Shown here: piece after piece, positions 19,755 to 29,793 of the stretch
Layout of the letters: the number at the start of each line of letters is the position of its first letter
Position numbering within the stretch: position 1 is the first letter of the stretch
Source: a virus
Reading direction: 5' to 3' (one strand)
Length of the DNA: 64,000 bases
IMG/VR virus record: IMGVR_UViG_3300028610_001072
Location: 37,524-101,523 of that record
Program-made: the position numbers and the translations under genes
Notes under the pieces: generated by a model
Told to the model about the DNA's origin: nothing
What the model saw: the letters and a program-made list of their open reading frames with translations, nothing else
Database searches by the model: none

Positions 19755-21127
19755 ATTCCTTTCAGGAAGTTCATTCCGGCCTCGTAGAGATTATCGCGGG
19801 TGTCCCGCCGCAATCCCCTACTGATGGCAACATTGGTGGTGAAGGGCTGGCCGAAAGCCCAATTATTGCTGACCCCTGTAACGTAAAATTCTGTATTCAG
19901 GTCCTCACGGAAAATCCTATCACCGGCTCGAATGTTTGAGTTGCCCATTAAGGTCATCGAGCCACCTTCCATTCGGTGATTATCCCTATTCCAGAGATAC
20001 AGCTTATTCCGATAATACTCATACCGTTCCAGTGATCCGTCGGTGGTTTTACCGTCTCCCACAATAGGGATATAATTCAGGCTAACCTGATTATCTCTGG
20101 TGCCAATTTCTTTTACCAGCGGGGAGTCAATCAGCGGATGGAACGTGGCATATTCCGCATCCGCCCCTGTAAACTTATCCGATGAGAGGACCGCAAACAC
20201 TGAGTAGGCATTGCCATGATCTCTTGATATGCGCTCTTCCCGGATGTCACTGGGGTTGATCACATGAAACGCACTGCCCCCAATCCAGTTTTTGGTGTCG
20301 TGCCAACTGCTGATTCGGGATTCGCCCAGCGCACTTTCCGCACTTTCGGGGTCCTTTTTTCCGTGGCTGAATGGTGTCGGTCTGGACCTCAGTACCAATT
20401 TCCCATCCCTCGAATCTGTCCACAACTCGTTGAATGGTTCTTGGATATACGTTTTGAAATAATCCCATACGCTACCGGCGTAAGGACTAATTCCCCGTGC
20501 AAATATTTTCTCGTCTTTACGGACAAATAACTCGCTGCCAACATCGAGGAAATCCTCTGCTGTTTTCCCCCCGTACAGCTCCATGCTGAACATAGGCAGA
20601 TGGGTATATATTTCTATGATGGCTTCATAAGGCGGCTTCTCTGCGAAGTTGAGTAATATCTGCCCCTGCTGAAGTAGTAGATTTCGATGTGCCAGATCAT
20701 CGGATAGCCCCAGTGCATTGGTGAAATACTTGATCAGGTCGAATTCCCAGATGGCCGATAATGACCTGCCGGTGATCTGCACCCCCCGCTTAACGTTCTT
20801 GGTCCCCACGACCGTACTTTTCTCCACCTTGTCAACGATCCCGATCATCGTGGTGGTGCCTTCCTCTAATTCGATCTCCACCACATCTAACGGATGGATC
20901 GTATCGTAGTAGTACGACTCTACATCGCTGGGGGGAACCTTATAATAGACCAGTTCGATGCTGAAGGTTCCTGATGCCGCTCCCATCTTGTTATCGGTCA
21001 TAATCCTAATAACATCCTTCATGGGAAACTTGGTAATTGCTGGATTGCTGCCAATGCCAAATGATCGCTCTTTCTTCGTGTGAAAAAGCAAATATGGGCT
21101 GGGCCGTCTTTTGGTATAATTTGCCAT
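19751..21127 (-). CDS. Baseplate hub (gp27-like)
   Basis: Follows the tape measure gene. PFNELW.D, GSMTLMGNSNIRAGD..FYVTGVSNNW....FTTNVAISRG. Confidence 0.75.
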   Translation of the reverse strand: MANYTKRRPSPYLLFHTKKERSFGIGSNPAITKFPMKDVIRIMTDNKMGAASGTFSIELVYYKVPPSDVESYYYDTIHPLDVVEIELEEGTTTMIGIVDKVEKSTVVGTKNVKRGVQITGRSLSAIWEFDLIKYFTNALGLSDDLAHRNLLLQQGQILLNFAEKPPYEAIIEIYTHLPMFSMELYGGKTAEDFLDVGSELFVRKDEKIFARGISPYAGSVWDYFKTYIQEPFNELWTDSRDGKLVLRSRPTPFSHGKKDPESAESALGESRISSWHDTKNWIGGSAFHVINPSDIREERISRDHGNAYSVFAVLSSDKFTGADAEYATFHPLIDSPLVKEIGTRDNQVSLNYIPIVGDGKTTDGSLERYEYYRNKLYLWNRDNHRMEGGSMTLMGNSNIRAGDRIFREDLNTEFYVTGVSNNWAFGQPFTTNVAISRGLRRDTRDNLYEAGMNFLKGI

Positions 21128-21133
21128 TATAAA

Positions 21134-22870
21134 TTACCGAGGCGGATACATTAACTTTCTTTTGGTTGTTGCATCATCACGGGGAATATCGTACTGTGAT
21201 AATATCGACTTCGCTGCTTCCGAGCCAAGACCCATTTCCGCAATTGCCAGTGCTCCCCGCAGGAATAGTTCATTGGCTTTTTCAAATGCCAGTGCTGCAA
21301 CTTCGATTTTTCCAATCTCGGTAGCAACTGCCCGCATCTGAACCTCGAATCCGGTAGCGCCTCGCATCTCTTCAACTCGCTTTGCAAAGTCTATTGGGAG
21401 TCCCTGATCGCTCATATCACCGAGCATTTTCCCGCCTAGAGATTTCCTTAATTCCAGCCAACTATTAATACCTTTGTCTGGATTATACAACGCTGAAATT
21501 GGTATCCCTCGACCGAGGCCACCAGTCCATTGATTCAGCAACATAGCTTGGCTGTAAGGATCATCTCCCCCCAGTTCCCCAGCTATCGCAAAAAATTCTT
21601 CCAGTAGTCGCGGGTCCTGTAACCCCTGTTCCTGTAACGCCATCACTTGCCCTATGGAATAATTCCCCGCTCCCTCTGTCCGGTCCAGTATCCTTCGAGC
21701 TGCTTGAAAGCCCATGCCGCCGCCGGTGATCGCCTGATTGAAACTGGTCAACTGCTGCATACCTCGTTGACCTTGGAATGGAGTCCCCAGAGTCCCAAGC
21801 CTACCGGCGTAACGCCCCATTAAGCCTGAGTCAGCGGTGACTGAGGTTCGCATCACCGTTTCTGTGAGGGTCATCACCCCTTGCAGAAATTCCGGCAAGC
21901 GGCCCTGCCCTATCCCGGAGCGGACCCCTTCAATGATGGCTTCTTGGAGTCGCCCGAGCGGAATTGGGTCCCTGCGATAGCCAGTCATTCCCATCCGGCC
22001 AGCAAACTCAACTCCCACCCCTTTATCGATCCCCAAACTTTGAGCCACGTTAACCACATCGTCCATCACGGTGCCATGCAATCGCTGACCAGTGAGGCGG
22101 ATGTAGGATTGCTCCAGTCCGCTCATCTCCTGCAAGGTGGTTGCCGTCAGCATTGCCACTGCTTCAAACTCTTCGCGGAATGCAGCAGCATCACCCCCCA
22201 GCCTTCCAGTCATCGCTGCAATCTGCATCAGGTCGGGAGCGATCTGCTTGAAAGCGTCTTTCCCCTCGACCATCCCTGAAATAAGTTTATATGCCCCAAA
22301 ACCTACCAGCCCGGCACCGGCTCCCACCCCCAGCTTAGCGAGGGTCCCCATCCCGGCCATCTTCCCTGTCACCCTGCTGGCGAACCTGCCCAATCCTGCT
22401 TGAGCCATGCTTCGGCCACCGGCCCCACGAATTCCCATTCCAGTGAGATCAGACAATAAATCAGGTGCGGCGGGGTCTCCGAATCCCTGCTCGGATGCCC
22501 ACTCTTTTCGGTATGCTTCGCCTTGGACTGAGGTAGTGGTATCAGAGATGTGCTCCTTCCTCAGTTGGTGCATTTCCTTGTCGATCCGGGCCTGAGCAAA
22601 TTTGCTACTGGTCCGTTTGCGTTGGTATGCAAGATCGGCCATCCTGTCCTGATGACCTACAGACTCCAAGCGGCTCATTAGAGCTATCTGCTCACGGATG
22701 TATTGGTTTTGCTTCTTTAGACTATCAGGATGTTGCTGCTCAGCTTCCCGTCGAACTTCATTGAAGTGACCCCAACCCGCATTCATCTGCCCCAGTGCCG
22801 CGATATGCTCTCGCATACCCTCGCCGCCGGTGGTCTTGGCATCTATAGTGATTCCTATGCGGTTTTCCAA
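21134..22870 (-). CDS. Tape measure protein
   Basis: Helical, Gly/Ala-rich; lies after the tail chaperones. Confidence 0.7.
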   Translation of the reverse strand: MENRIGITIDAKTTGGEGMREHIAALGQMNAGWGHFNEVRREAEQQHPDSLKKQNQYIREQIALMSRLESVGHQDRMADLAYQRKRTSSKFAQARIDKEMHQLRKEHISDTTTSVQGEAYRKEWASEQGFGDPAAPDLLSDLTGMGIRGAGGRSMAQAGLGRFASRVTGKMAGMGTLAKLGVGAGAGLVGFGAYKLISGMVEGKDAFKQIAPDLMQIAAMTGRLGGDAAAFREEFEAVAMLTATTLQEMSGLEQSYIRLTGQRLHGTVMDDVVNVAQSLGIDKGVGVEFAGRMGMTGYRRDPIPLGRLQEAIIEGVRSGIGQGRLPEFLQGVMTLTETVMRTSVTADSGLMGRYAGRLGTLGTPFQGQRGMQQLTSFNQAITGGGMGFQAARRILDRTEGAGNYSIGQVMALQEQGLQDPRLLEEFFAIAGELGGDDPYSQAMLLNQWTGGLGRGIPISALYNPDKGINSWLELRKSLGGKMLGDMSDQGLPIDFAKRVEEMRGATGFEVQMRAVATEIGKIEVAALAFEKANELFLRGALAIAEMGLGSEAAKSILSQYDIPRDDATTKRKLMYPPR

Positions 22871-22889
22871 ACCTCAATTCCTTTCAATC

Positions 22890-23273
22890 TTATTTCAGGT
22901 GGCTGGGAAGCTCAATACCGAGTTCGTTTTTCACGGTCTGAGCAAAATCATCATCGCGGTATTCGGTCTGATCGGATTCCTTTCCGGGAATCGTCATTTC
23001 AGCGCCGCATCGCGGGCAGAGGTCGTCCGAGCCGGGATGAGGCGGCCCCTCATACTTACAATCTTCACAATGCGGTATGAGAGCCTTGCGTTGTTCCTCG
23101 ACCCGACGGTCTAATTCCTGATGAATATAGAATTCTTGGTGAATTCCTTCATCAGTCATATCCAAATAGCGTTGGTCGGTTGGGGGGAAATTGTATTTTC
23201 TCCTGAACCAAATCCGAGTAAAGTCTTTATCTAGGAGCGATAATGCCTCAGCTTTGATCCTTTCCCTCTCCAT
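22890..23273 (-). CDS. Tail assembly chaperone, second ORF (gpT-like; contains CxxC...CxxC)
   Basis: WFRRKYNFPPTDQRYLDMT motif; overlaps the upstream chaperone in the +1 frame. Confidence 0.7.
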   Translation of the reverse strand: MERERIKAEALSLLDKDFTRIWFRRKYNFPPTDQRYLDMTDEGIHQEFYIHQELDRRVEEQRKALIPHCEDCKYEGPPHPGSDDLCPRCGAEMTIPGKESDQTEYRDDDFAQTVKNELGIELPSHLK

Positions 23274-23610
23274 CGCCGGAGTCTGGATCGGTAGATTTCT
23301 CTTTCCTGAGAAACAACCCGGACTTTACAGTCCATTCCTTCCATAACTCATCAAACTGATCGGATTGCAAGGACTCGACGCCTTCAAAATCCTCCGGCGC
23401 TTTAACCAATCGACCTTCCATCTCACTGGTTCTGAGCAGATTAAATGCTGCATTTACTTCTGTCGTATTTGGCGACTGCATCATCTGGCCGTACATGCCA
23501 TTTGAGATAGTCGCCCTATGAACCGCGATCTGGTTTTGTTCTCCAATAGTGAGGATATTTTTGAAGGTGAATCCTCCAAATGATACCTTCACTGTCGTAG
23601 TTTTATCCAT
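23248..23610 (-). CDS. Tail assembly chaperone (gpG-like)
   Basis: Lies between the tube and tape measure genes. Confidence 0.65.
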   Translation of the reverse strand: MDKTTTVKVSFGGFTFKNILTIGEQNQIAVHRATISNGMYGQMMQSPNTTEVNAAFNLLRTSEMEGRLVKAPEDFEGVESLQSDQFDELWKEWTVKSGLFLRKEKSTDPDSGDGEGKDQS

Positions 23611-23637
23611 TTTATTTTTCCCTATGTGGATAATTTA

Positions 23638-24072
23638 CTATGGTGAATTTACTGGCTCACCATACATACCTGAACCGCTCCGCTGAGTGATCGCATTCTC
23701 CCCTACCGTTAGGCTGAGGTTGCCAACCTTGCAGCCGGAAATGGTTGCAATATTCTCACCTGTGTACTTGTCCTCGATAACAATAATAAATCCCTCTTGT
23801 GTGAGGATATATTTCACTATGTCCTTGACGGTTTTACCCGCCCGTGGCCCAAATTTGAGGTCCGCGACAGTGCTCTCAGTCAGCACAAGTGATGTGAAAT
23901 TGAAGTTGCCAGAGAACCGAAGAGCCACGATCTCAAAGGGTTCCATTTGCCCGATGGCATAGGCCCCTTGAAGCCCATAGTCTTCATTCTCGGTGATGGT
24001 GCTCATCACACCAACTTTGGTGCCCCCGAAGAACACCAAGACTCTGGCACCGTGTACTACTTTTTTACTCAT
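23638..24072 (-). CDS. Tail tube protein
   Basis: 144 aa after the sheath; ENEDYGLQGAYAIGQMEPFEIVALRFSG, typical of SPO1-like tubes. Confidence 0.85.
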   Translation of the reverse strand: MSKKVVHGARVLVFFGGTKVGVMSTITENEDYGLQGAYAIGQMEPFEIVALRFSGNFNFTSLVLTESTVADLKFGPRAGKTVKDIVKYILTQEGFIIVIEDKYTGENIATISGCKVGNLSLTVGENAITQRSGSGMYGEPVNSP

Positions 24073-24099
24073 GAGTATAGTCTCCTAATTTTGGGCTAA

Positions 24100-25824
24100 T
24101 TACAGGACCGCGACGGTCTCAATTAAGAAGAAATTGAATGGATTATTTAGCCTGATTGGAACCTTCACGCTCCAGCCATCATCCAATCTGGTAGCCGCCA
24201 CCGGCTCCCATGCTGGCAAGGGATTATCTGGATCAGAATCATCTCCTGCTAATACACCCTCGGCTTCCTTGGCCTTGCAGTGGGCTTCGACGAATCCAAT
24301 TATGGTTGCCCGGCCTACCCCAACCGTCCCGCCAACGAATTCTCTAGCAGCGGCGACTTCCAGCTCTTTATTGAACTGTCCCGCAGATCGCATTAACGAA
24401 ATCTCCGGGGATGACTGACTAGCCACATCCCACAAGTTCAGATTGTTCTGGAGAGTATTCACCCCTTGGGTGATCACCAGCCCAACACTTTCCATATTCT
24501 TCGGAGAAATCGCACCGGCACGAATCAATGTTTCCCGTTGTGCTTTGCTGAATTCGTATTGCAATCCCTGAGCACTGAAGACCTTCAGGGTTAATGGCTC
24601 CTGTACCGGCAGCCCCGCTGCCAGTCCCGCACATTTTGCGGCAAAGAATTTGGGAGCGATGGCTTCTGCTCCTGATCCGTCATCCGCAAAGTCATCAATC
24701 CCACAGGCCACCAATGCCCCGTAGGCAGTATTCATCACTGCCGCTGCCGCTGCCGTTACTGAAACTGATAATGCGGCTGTGGCCTGAGTGACAAGGCCGA
24801 AAAATCCCATACGGAAAAAGGTATTCGACTGGCAATGGGCTGTGACCAAGGCATGATCTGCTGCTGTCTCTGAATCGATCCAGATGACCTGACAGTTTGC
24901 CTCTTCAATCAGGGTCAGAGCAGCGGTGATTGCTGATGTATCCATCGCAGGGGATGTCCCGCCTGCAAGTAAGGCCCACGTAGCCTGTGTAGTAAGCTGA
25001 GTCCCATCGACGACTACCGTACCGTCCACGTATGCACTGAGGCTATCCAGAGCATGTTTGGCGATATTCGGATAAGCTTCCAAGTTCACCGCAGCGGTTT
25101 TCACGTCCGCCGCCGCCAGAGTGTTCAGGAAGATACTGGTCAATGTGCCGGTGCCTGATGGTGCAAGACCGAAAATCGTACATTCCCAATCCGCCAAGGC
25201 ATCGATAATCGCTACCAGTTTCGAGATGGTATTGTAATCTGACTGGGTGAGATCATAATCGAATTCGACCTCGTCTGTGGCCGTGGCCCCAGACGCCCCG
25301 ATTATATGATCCCCTGCTGTGACCTCAATATCTGCCAAGGTTGCGGCCCCGACATATTGAATCGTCATCGCCAGATCAAGGTTATCAAAAACCTCAAGGT
25401 CGTCGGCATAGGCCACGGAGATTTTTGTTGAGTTGGCTGTGGTTCCATCTTCGATTTTAATCTTGATGCTATTAACCCACAGACCATAATCTTTTGATAC
25501 TATTTTACCGCTGGTAGCATCATGCTCAGCGGTCGTTGCTGTTTGAGCACGGACAAATCCGCAATAGGGCGCTCCGTTATGCTGGGGAGAGGGGTTAAAA
25601 ATATACCCCATCGCCCGCAAGGCGTCACCGCCTCTGAGCACATCTTTTGCACCCGGTTTATCGGTGAACCAGTGAATTTCGCTGGGTGCTCCCCCCTCGC
25701 TTTCACCAATTACGATCACCCTGCCCGTAGCCAACGGATTGGCTTTGGGTGTGACCCCGACAGTAATTTTGCTTGCTGCCTGTGGCTCAACCAGAATTCT
25801 GTTGTCAAATTTCTGTTGGCTCAT
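24100..25824 (-). CDS. Tail sheath protein
   Basis: VIVIGESEGGAPSEIH...LRGGDAL, SKDYGLWVNSI, EPLTLK, VITQGVNT. Confidence 0.9.
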   Translation of the reverse strand: MSQQKFDNRILVEPQAASKITVGVTPKANPLATGRVIVIGESEGGAPSEIHWFTDKPGAKDVLRGGDALRAMGYIFNPSPQHNGAPYCGFVRAQTATTAEHDATSGKIVSKDYGLWVNSIKIKIEDGTTANSTKISVAYADDLEVFDNLDLAMTIQYVGAATLADIEVTAGDHIIGASGATATDEVEFDYDLTQSDYNTISKLVAIIDALADWECTIFGLAPSGTGTLTSIFLNTLAAADVKTAAVNLEAYPNIAKHALDSLSAYVDGTVVVDGTQLTTQATWALLAGGTSPAMDTSAITAALTLIEEANCQVIWIDSETAADHALVTAHCQSNTFFRMGFFGLVTQATAALSVSVTAAAAAVMNTAYGALVACGIDDFADDGSGAEAIAPKFFAAKCAGLAAGLPVQEPLTLKVFSAQGLQYEFSKAQRETLIRAGAISPKNMESVGLVITQGVNTLQNNLNLWDVASQSSPEISLMRSAGQFNKELEVAAAREFVGGTVGVGRATIIGFVEAHCKAKEAEGVLAGDDSDPDNPLPAWEPVAATRLDDGWSVKVPIRLNNPFNFFLIETVAVL

Positions 25825-25834
25825 AATTCGCTCC

Positions 25835-26110
25835 TTATGACTTTAAGTATTCCTCAATAAGTTTTTCCCAGTCGCCAAAGGTCCGGGAACGTAGCGGCTC
25901 TTGTTTGGCCGTCTTCATCCAGACTCTAAATCCCTGCTCGAGCACGAATGTAATATCATCACGCTTGGCATTTTCCTTATACTCAGAAAACGAAATCAAC
26001 TGCAAAGGTTTCTGCTCCGGCTTTTCCTTTGGGGCTGTTTTTTTGGCTTCAGCCTTTGGGGTATCGGATGCTGCCTCTGGAGTAATATCCTGCTGCTCAT
26101 TTTTTGCCAT
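25835..26110 (-). CDS. Hypothetical protein
   Basis: 91-aa ORF in the operon. Confidence 0.55.
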   Translation of the reverse strand: MAKNEQQDITPEAASDTPKAEAKKTAPKEKPEQKPLQLISFSEYKENAKRDDITFVLEQGFRVWMKTAKQEPLRSRTFGDWEKLIEEYLKS

Positions 26111-26121
26111 TGGTTTTGTCC

Positions 26122-27012
26122 CTAGTTCTGAGGCTCGCCCTTACCTTCCAGCCATGATGCAAGGTTGGGCTGCAATGTGACCTCTGAGGAGATGGCGCAG
26201 GAAAGCATCATCATGCCCCCTACTTGGACCCTATCCCTCACCGCCTCATTTATCACATCGCCCTCAATTAAAATTTCTACCCATTCCATATCACCGCCCT
26301 CTCCACGTATGCAATATTGGCGGATGAACTCTTTTGATTCTCGGAACATCTTGGTGATCGTGTCCCGACGTATCGAGTTGGGGTCTTCCCAGACCACCTG
26401 AATATTATCCATCTCCAGCTCGCCGTAGGTATTCTTTAGGTCTGCTTCGAGCTGCCTGAAATAACCCATGTACTGATGCAGCACTTGGCCGCCTACGCGA
26501 GTGACGTAAAGTGTGGGTGGCTGCATCCCCGGAAGCGCATACTCTCGCATGAGCTGATAGTGCTGGTCTTTCTTCATCCCGTAAGCTTCCATCACCCGCT
26601 CAATCACAGCTAGTATAACTTCCTTCGCATCGATGATACTGGTCTCCACGGTTTTCTTGCACAGGGCATTCGTACTGGCATTTGTGGATACTGCATCATC
26701 ACTCGAATCTTGTAGCACTGCCTTGTAGTAATAGGTGCTGTTATTTTCCGGTGCGTAGTCAGAAATCCCTGTAACCCCGTCGGGATATAGTTCATTATCA
26801 ATCGAGTCCGCTGTCATATCCGCTGGTAACGAATTTGGATCAGCAAAGTAACTGGTGATCTCTGCATCTAGCACATCTGATCCCTCTCTGCGGAACAACC
26901 AGATTCTCCACCCGCTCGGCATGGTCGATGGTAATGTCCATACCATTTCGATTTCCTGACCGAGCGGATGGCCGAATGCTTGAAAGTTCGTAAGTGGACT
27001 TGGTGACGGCAT
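26122..27012 (-). CDS. Putative tail completion/terminator protein (N-terminal FN3-like domain)
   Basis: Position before the sheath gene; N-terminal beta-sandwich pattern. Confidence 0.5.
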   Translation of the reverse strand: MPSPSPLTNFQAFGHPLGQEIEMVWTLPSTMPSGWRIWLFRREGSDVLDAEITSYFADPNSLPADMTADSIDNELYPDGVTGISDYAPENNSTYYYKAVLQDSSDDAVSTNASTNALCKKTVETSIIDAKEVILAVIERVMEAYGMKKDQHYQLMREYALPGMQPPTLYVTRVGGQVLHQYMGYFRQLEADLKNTYGELEMDNIQVVWEDPNSIRRDTITKMFRESKEFIRQYCIRGEGGDMEWVEILIEGDVINEAVRDRVQVGGMMMLSCAISSEVTLQPNLASWLEGKGEPQN

Positions 27013-27015
27013 CGG

Positions 27016-27321
27016 TTAGAGTTTCTTTTTAATCTCCTCGAGCCAAGTGTCGTCAACTTTTGTCTTGGTGCTGTCAACCAGCTTCTGAGCGATCTCGAGG
27101 AAGATTTTCTTCAACACCGCCTCACTGACCAGCGTTTTCAGCGCCAGCACCATTATGGTTCGTAATCCCGGTATCCAGAACATTCCGAATACTGCGATCA
27201 GTACCCCTACGATTGTTTTCCAGCTATCCTGTAGGTATCCCATGATGCCGCCGTCAGCTCCGAAGAGCATCACCGGCAGTAATAGGATTGCCAATACCAC
27301 TATGAGATTGAATCGCTTCAT
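27016..27321 (-). CDS. Holin-like membrane protein
   Basis: Two hydrophobic segments and a charged C-terminus; lies in the lysis cluster. Confidence 0.55.
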   Translation of the reverse strand: MKRFNLIVVLAILLLPVMLFGADGGIMGYLQDSWKTIVGVLIAVFGMFWIPGLRTIMVLALKTLVSEAVLKKIFLEIAQKLVDSTKTKVDDTWLEEIKKKL

Positions 27322-27325
27322 CTTA

Positions 27326-27646
27326 TCAGCCCCCTGTTTTACTCAAATTAGTGATCAGTGCCACCACAAGGGAAGTCACGATCACGTTTGCTACCAAAAT
27401 TATTATACCTACCCACATCCGGGACATCTCGTCTTCTTTTTTCTCCCGGAATGCCGTGTTCGCCTTATGGTCTGCTGCATTAAACTGTTCCAGCTCGACC
27501 ATCGCCCCTATCAAATTGCCCTTCATCCCGGTATCGTTGGGATCGAAAGGGTCCCCACTGATCATTTTGCACAGGTCTTTAACCTCTTGTGCAAGTTTCG
27601 CTACTGCATCAGACAGGGCTGCTAAGATTACCGCTTCCGTTGGCAT
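27326..27646 (-). CDS. Coiled-coil protein with C-terminal TM helix (holin/antiholin-like)
   Basis: Start moved to ATG 27646 (AAGGA RBS); MWVGIIILVANVIVTSLVVALI is a TM segment. Confidence 0.55.
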   Translation of the reverse strand: MPTEAVILAALSDAVAKLAQEVKDLCKMISGDPFDPNDTGMKGNLIGAMVELEQFNAADHKANTAFREKKEDEMSRMWVGIIILVANVIVTSLVVALITNLSKTGG

Positions 27647-28103
27647 AGGCCAGTTCCTTCGATAATTGTTGCTTCGCTTCGCTGACGTTTGCCACAGCTT
27701 CCTGCACAATAGTTAGGTTGTGCATCAGGAGCAGGAATCGCTCCACCCGACTGAGAAAGTATGCCCTTCGGCCTTTGATCGGTTTCTGAAAGTATTCAAC
27801 TCCCGGATACCGTTTCTCTAGTTTTCTTTTACCGCCCGGCCCCGAGATGAAAATGACTGGCGTACTGCCATAATTCTCGATGCTTCCCAGAGCTGAGGCT
27901 GTATCAAGGCCATCGATCTCCGGGAGCTCCAGCTCTATAATGAATAGATCGTAACGCTTGGCAGTAGCCCAGATAATTGCATCATGGGCATGGCCTGCTC
28001 GATCCACCCGCACACCCGGAAGCTTGTCGTTCAGCATTGCAGATAACTGCTGCCGGGTTGGCTGGTCTCCATCAACAATTAATACATTGCCGCTAATGAT
28101 CAT
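27609..28103 (-). CDS. CheY-like pseudo-receiver domain protein
   Basis: VLIVDGD...YDLFIIELELPEIDGLD...TPVIFISG...YFQKPI. The phospho-acceptor Asp is replaced by Glu. Confidence 0.85.
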   Translation of the reverse strand: MIISGNVLIVDGDQPTRQQLSAMLNDKLPGVRVDRAGHAHDAIIWATAKRYDLFIIELELPEIDGLDTASALGSIENYGSTPVIFISGPGGKRKLEKRYPGVEYFQKPIKGRRAYFLSRVERFLLLMHNLTIVQEAVANVSEAKQQLSKELAYANGSGNLSSPV

Positions 28104-28654
28104 TGTACTGCCGTCCTCGCTGCTGCTCTACGGAACTTTGCTACCGTGCCCTTACCGCCAGCATTGTAATATTTCAGATAGTATTTGGCTTGGCCCAATA
28201 TATCGTTGGCTGACGGTATGGGACGGGGTACGGGGCGATACTTCATTCTGATCAGGGCGATATTCAGCAGGATGTTGCCCTGTAGTTGTAGGTCCATCAG
28301 CGCCATCTCTTGGGGGGTCTCGTCATCGATCATTGATAGATCGCAGAGACATATCCCCTCGATGTCCTCTTTCAGAGATGGACGGTAATCTAAATAATCA
28401 TTGATCACTGATCGAGCTACCCACGGTTCAAACTGGGCTATCCCCCGCGCCACCCCGATCCGGCCACCACCTAATTTTTGTCGTAGATGAAAATTATTGC
28501 CGATTAATCCCTCGGCTGCTATGCTTCTCAGCACAAGCTCAATAGCACCCTCTGATGCCATGCTGCTACTGTTTTTCGCTCCGATTGCCAACCCCTCAAG
28601 TACCTTCGTGACGAGGTTGCGTAAATCATCTTTATGGATTCCGGTATTGCTCAT
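28100..28654 (-). CDS. Putative endolysin (lysozyme-like fold)
   Basis: IAAE...ARGIAQFEP...YYLKYYNAGGKGT; adjacent to holin-like genes. Confidence 0.6.
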   Translation of the reverse strand: MSNTGIHKDDLRNLVTKVLEGLAIGAKNSSSMASEGAIELVLRSIAAEGLIGNNFHLRQKLGGGRIGVARGIAQFEPWVARSVINDYLDYRPSLKEDIEGICLCDLSMIDDETPQEMALMDLQLQGNILLNIALIRMKYRPVPRPIPSANDILGQAKYYLKYYNAGGKGTVAKFRRAAARTAVQ

Positions 28655-28758
28655 TAGAACATCCTATTCACTGCTGCTGTATGGTCTTCAGGTCTCCGAG
28701 TTGCCGGTGTTGATTCCGGCAGGCTCGCTTTTTTTCTTAGCCTATCTGAAAATTTCAT
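28654..28758 (-). CDS. Small 34-aa ORF coupled to the endolysin gene
   Basis: MKFSDRLRKKASLPESTPATRRPEDHTAAVNRMF; its stop overlaps the next ATG (TAATG). Confidence 0.35.
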   Translation of the reverse strand: MKFSDRLRKKASLPESTPATRRPEDHTAAVNRMF

Positions 28759-28773
28759 ACCTGATTCCCTATG

Positions 28774-29442
28774 TTAATCGATCAGCCAATTATCTCCGTC
28801 ACAGTGGTATCTCTGTACGGCTTTATCTACATTGATGACATCATTGGCTCCGCCATCCAAAGTTTCGCTGTCAGCACCTACCACTGTAATGTTGTTAGTG
28901 TTTGCATTGAATCCAGCATCCTTCACCAATAAAGTATTACCGGCAACTACGTGCTGCCCGCCGCCGGTGAAGTCCGGGACAAGGAAGTCTGGGTCTGTGA
29001 TCCCCTCAGAATTCGCCCGGTTGCCTGCGGCTCCCTTGGTTGCCTGCACGGCTGTTACCGCTGCTACTGAGGATGTAGCTGTGAAACTTGCATGGCCGTC
29101 AATATCTGTAGCTGTCTTGGTGCCTACCTGAGTGGGGGTATCCGCACTGTTGATGGCAATGGCAACATCTTCTCCAGATACTCCACCACCATCAATATTA
29201 TACTTGAATACCACGGAAGTCCCGGCTGCATTGACAAGGGTGAATCCTTCGTCATTGACCAGATCGGCTCCCCCAAGTACGGTCAGGATCGATTGAGCTG
29301 CCAGTACGATCTCCGGCAATGTGACCTGAATAGCCTTTGACGAGGTATCCACATCGATTATATCATCACTGGGGACCGCCAGATAATCATCGCTGATGGC
29401 TATATAAACCGCATCATCTGTTAGCCTACGTACAATTCCCAT
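28774..29442 (-). CDS. Virion structural/decoration protein
   Basis: VDTSSKAIQVTLP...VKDAGFNANTNNITV...YHCDGDNWLI, a fibre-like domain interrupted by an insert. Confidence 0.55.
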   Translation of the reverse strand: MGIVRRLTDDAVYIAISDDYLAVPSDDIIDVDTSSKAIQVTLPEIVLAAQSILTVLGGADLVNDEGFTLVNAAGTSVVFKYNIDGGGVSGEDVAIAINSADTPTQVGTKTATDIDGHASFTATSSVAAVTAVQATKGAAGNRANSEGITDPDFLVPDFTGGGQHVVAGNTLLVKDAGFNANTNNITVVGADSETLDGGANDVINVDKAVQRYHCDGDNWLID

Positions 29443-29444
29443 GA

Positions 29445-29783
29445 TTATGAGCTCCTTCCGAGACCTGTCCAAATCATAATTTCAAGTTTCTGACTGGCAG
29501 ATGCCGTGGCAAAGTAAAGGGTTAGCCCATCTTCCCGAGTTTGACTCTCTGCCCTTGGTTCCCGTAGATCATCCTCGTCCCAACTTGCATCGGCAGGAAG
29601 GGTAAAATGAGGATCGGCTGAGGTTGCCACCTTACCTGCGATATGAGACACCCGTAGTTTCACACTGGTATCGCGGAGCTGGACCCGATACTTCTCAGTA
29701 TTGGTCGGGAGCTGATACGAATATTCCGTGTTGGCCGTAGTGAGCGCCAGTGTATCAAATTTAAGTTCGTTTTTCGATCCCAT
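29445..29783 (-). CDS. Hypothetical virion protein
   Basis: 112-aa beta-rich ORF. Confidence 0.5.
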   Translation of the reverse strand: MGSKNELKFDTLALTTANTEYSYQLPTNTEKYRVQLRDTSVKLRVSHIAGKVATSADPHFTLPADASWDEDDLREPRAESQTREDGLTLYFATASASQKLEIMIWTGLGRSS

Positions 29784-29793
29784 AGTTTTGCTC

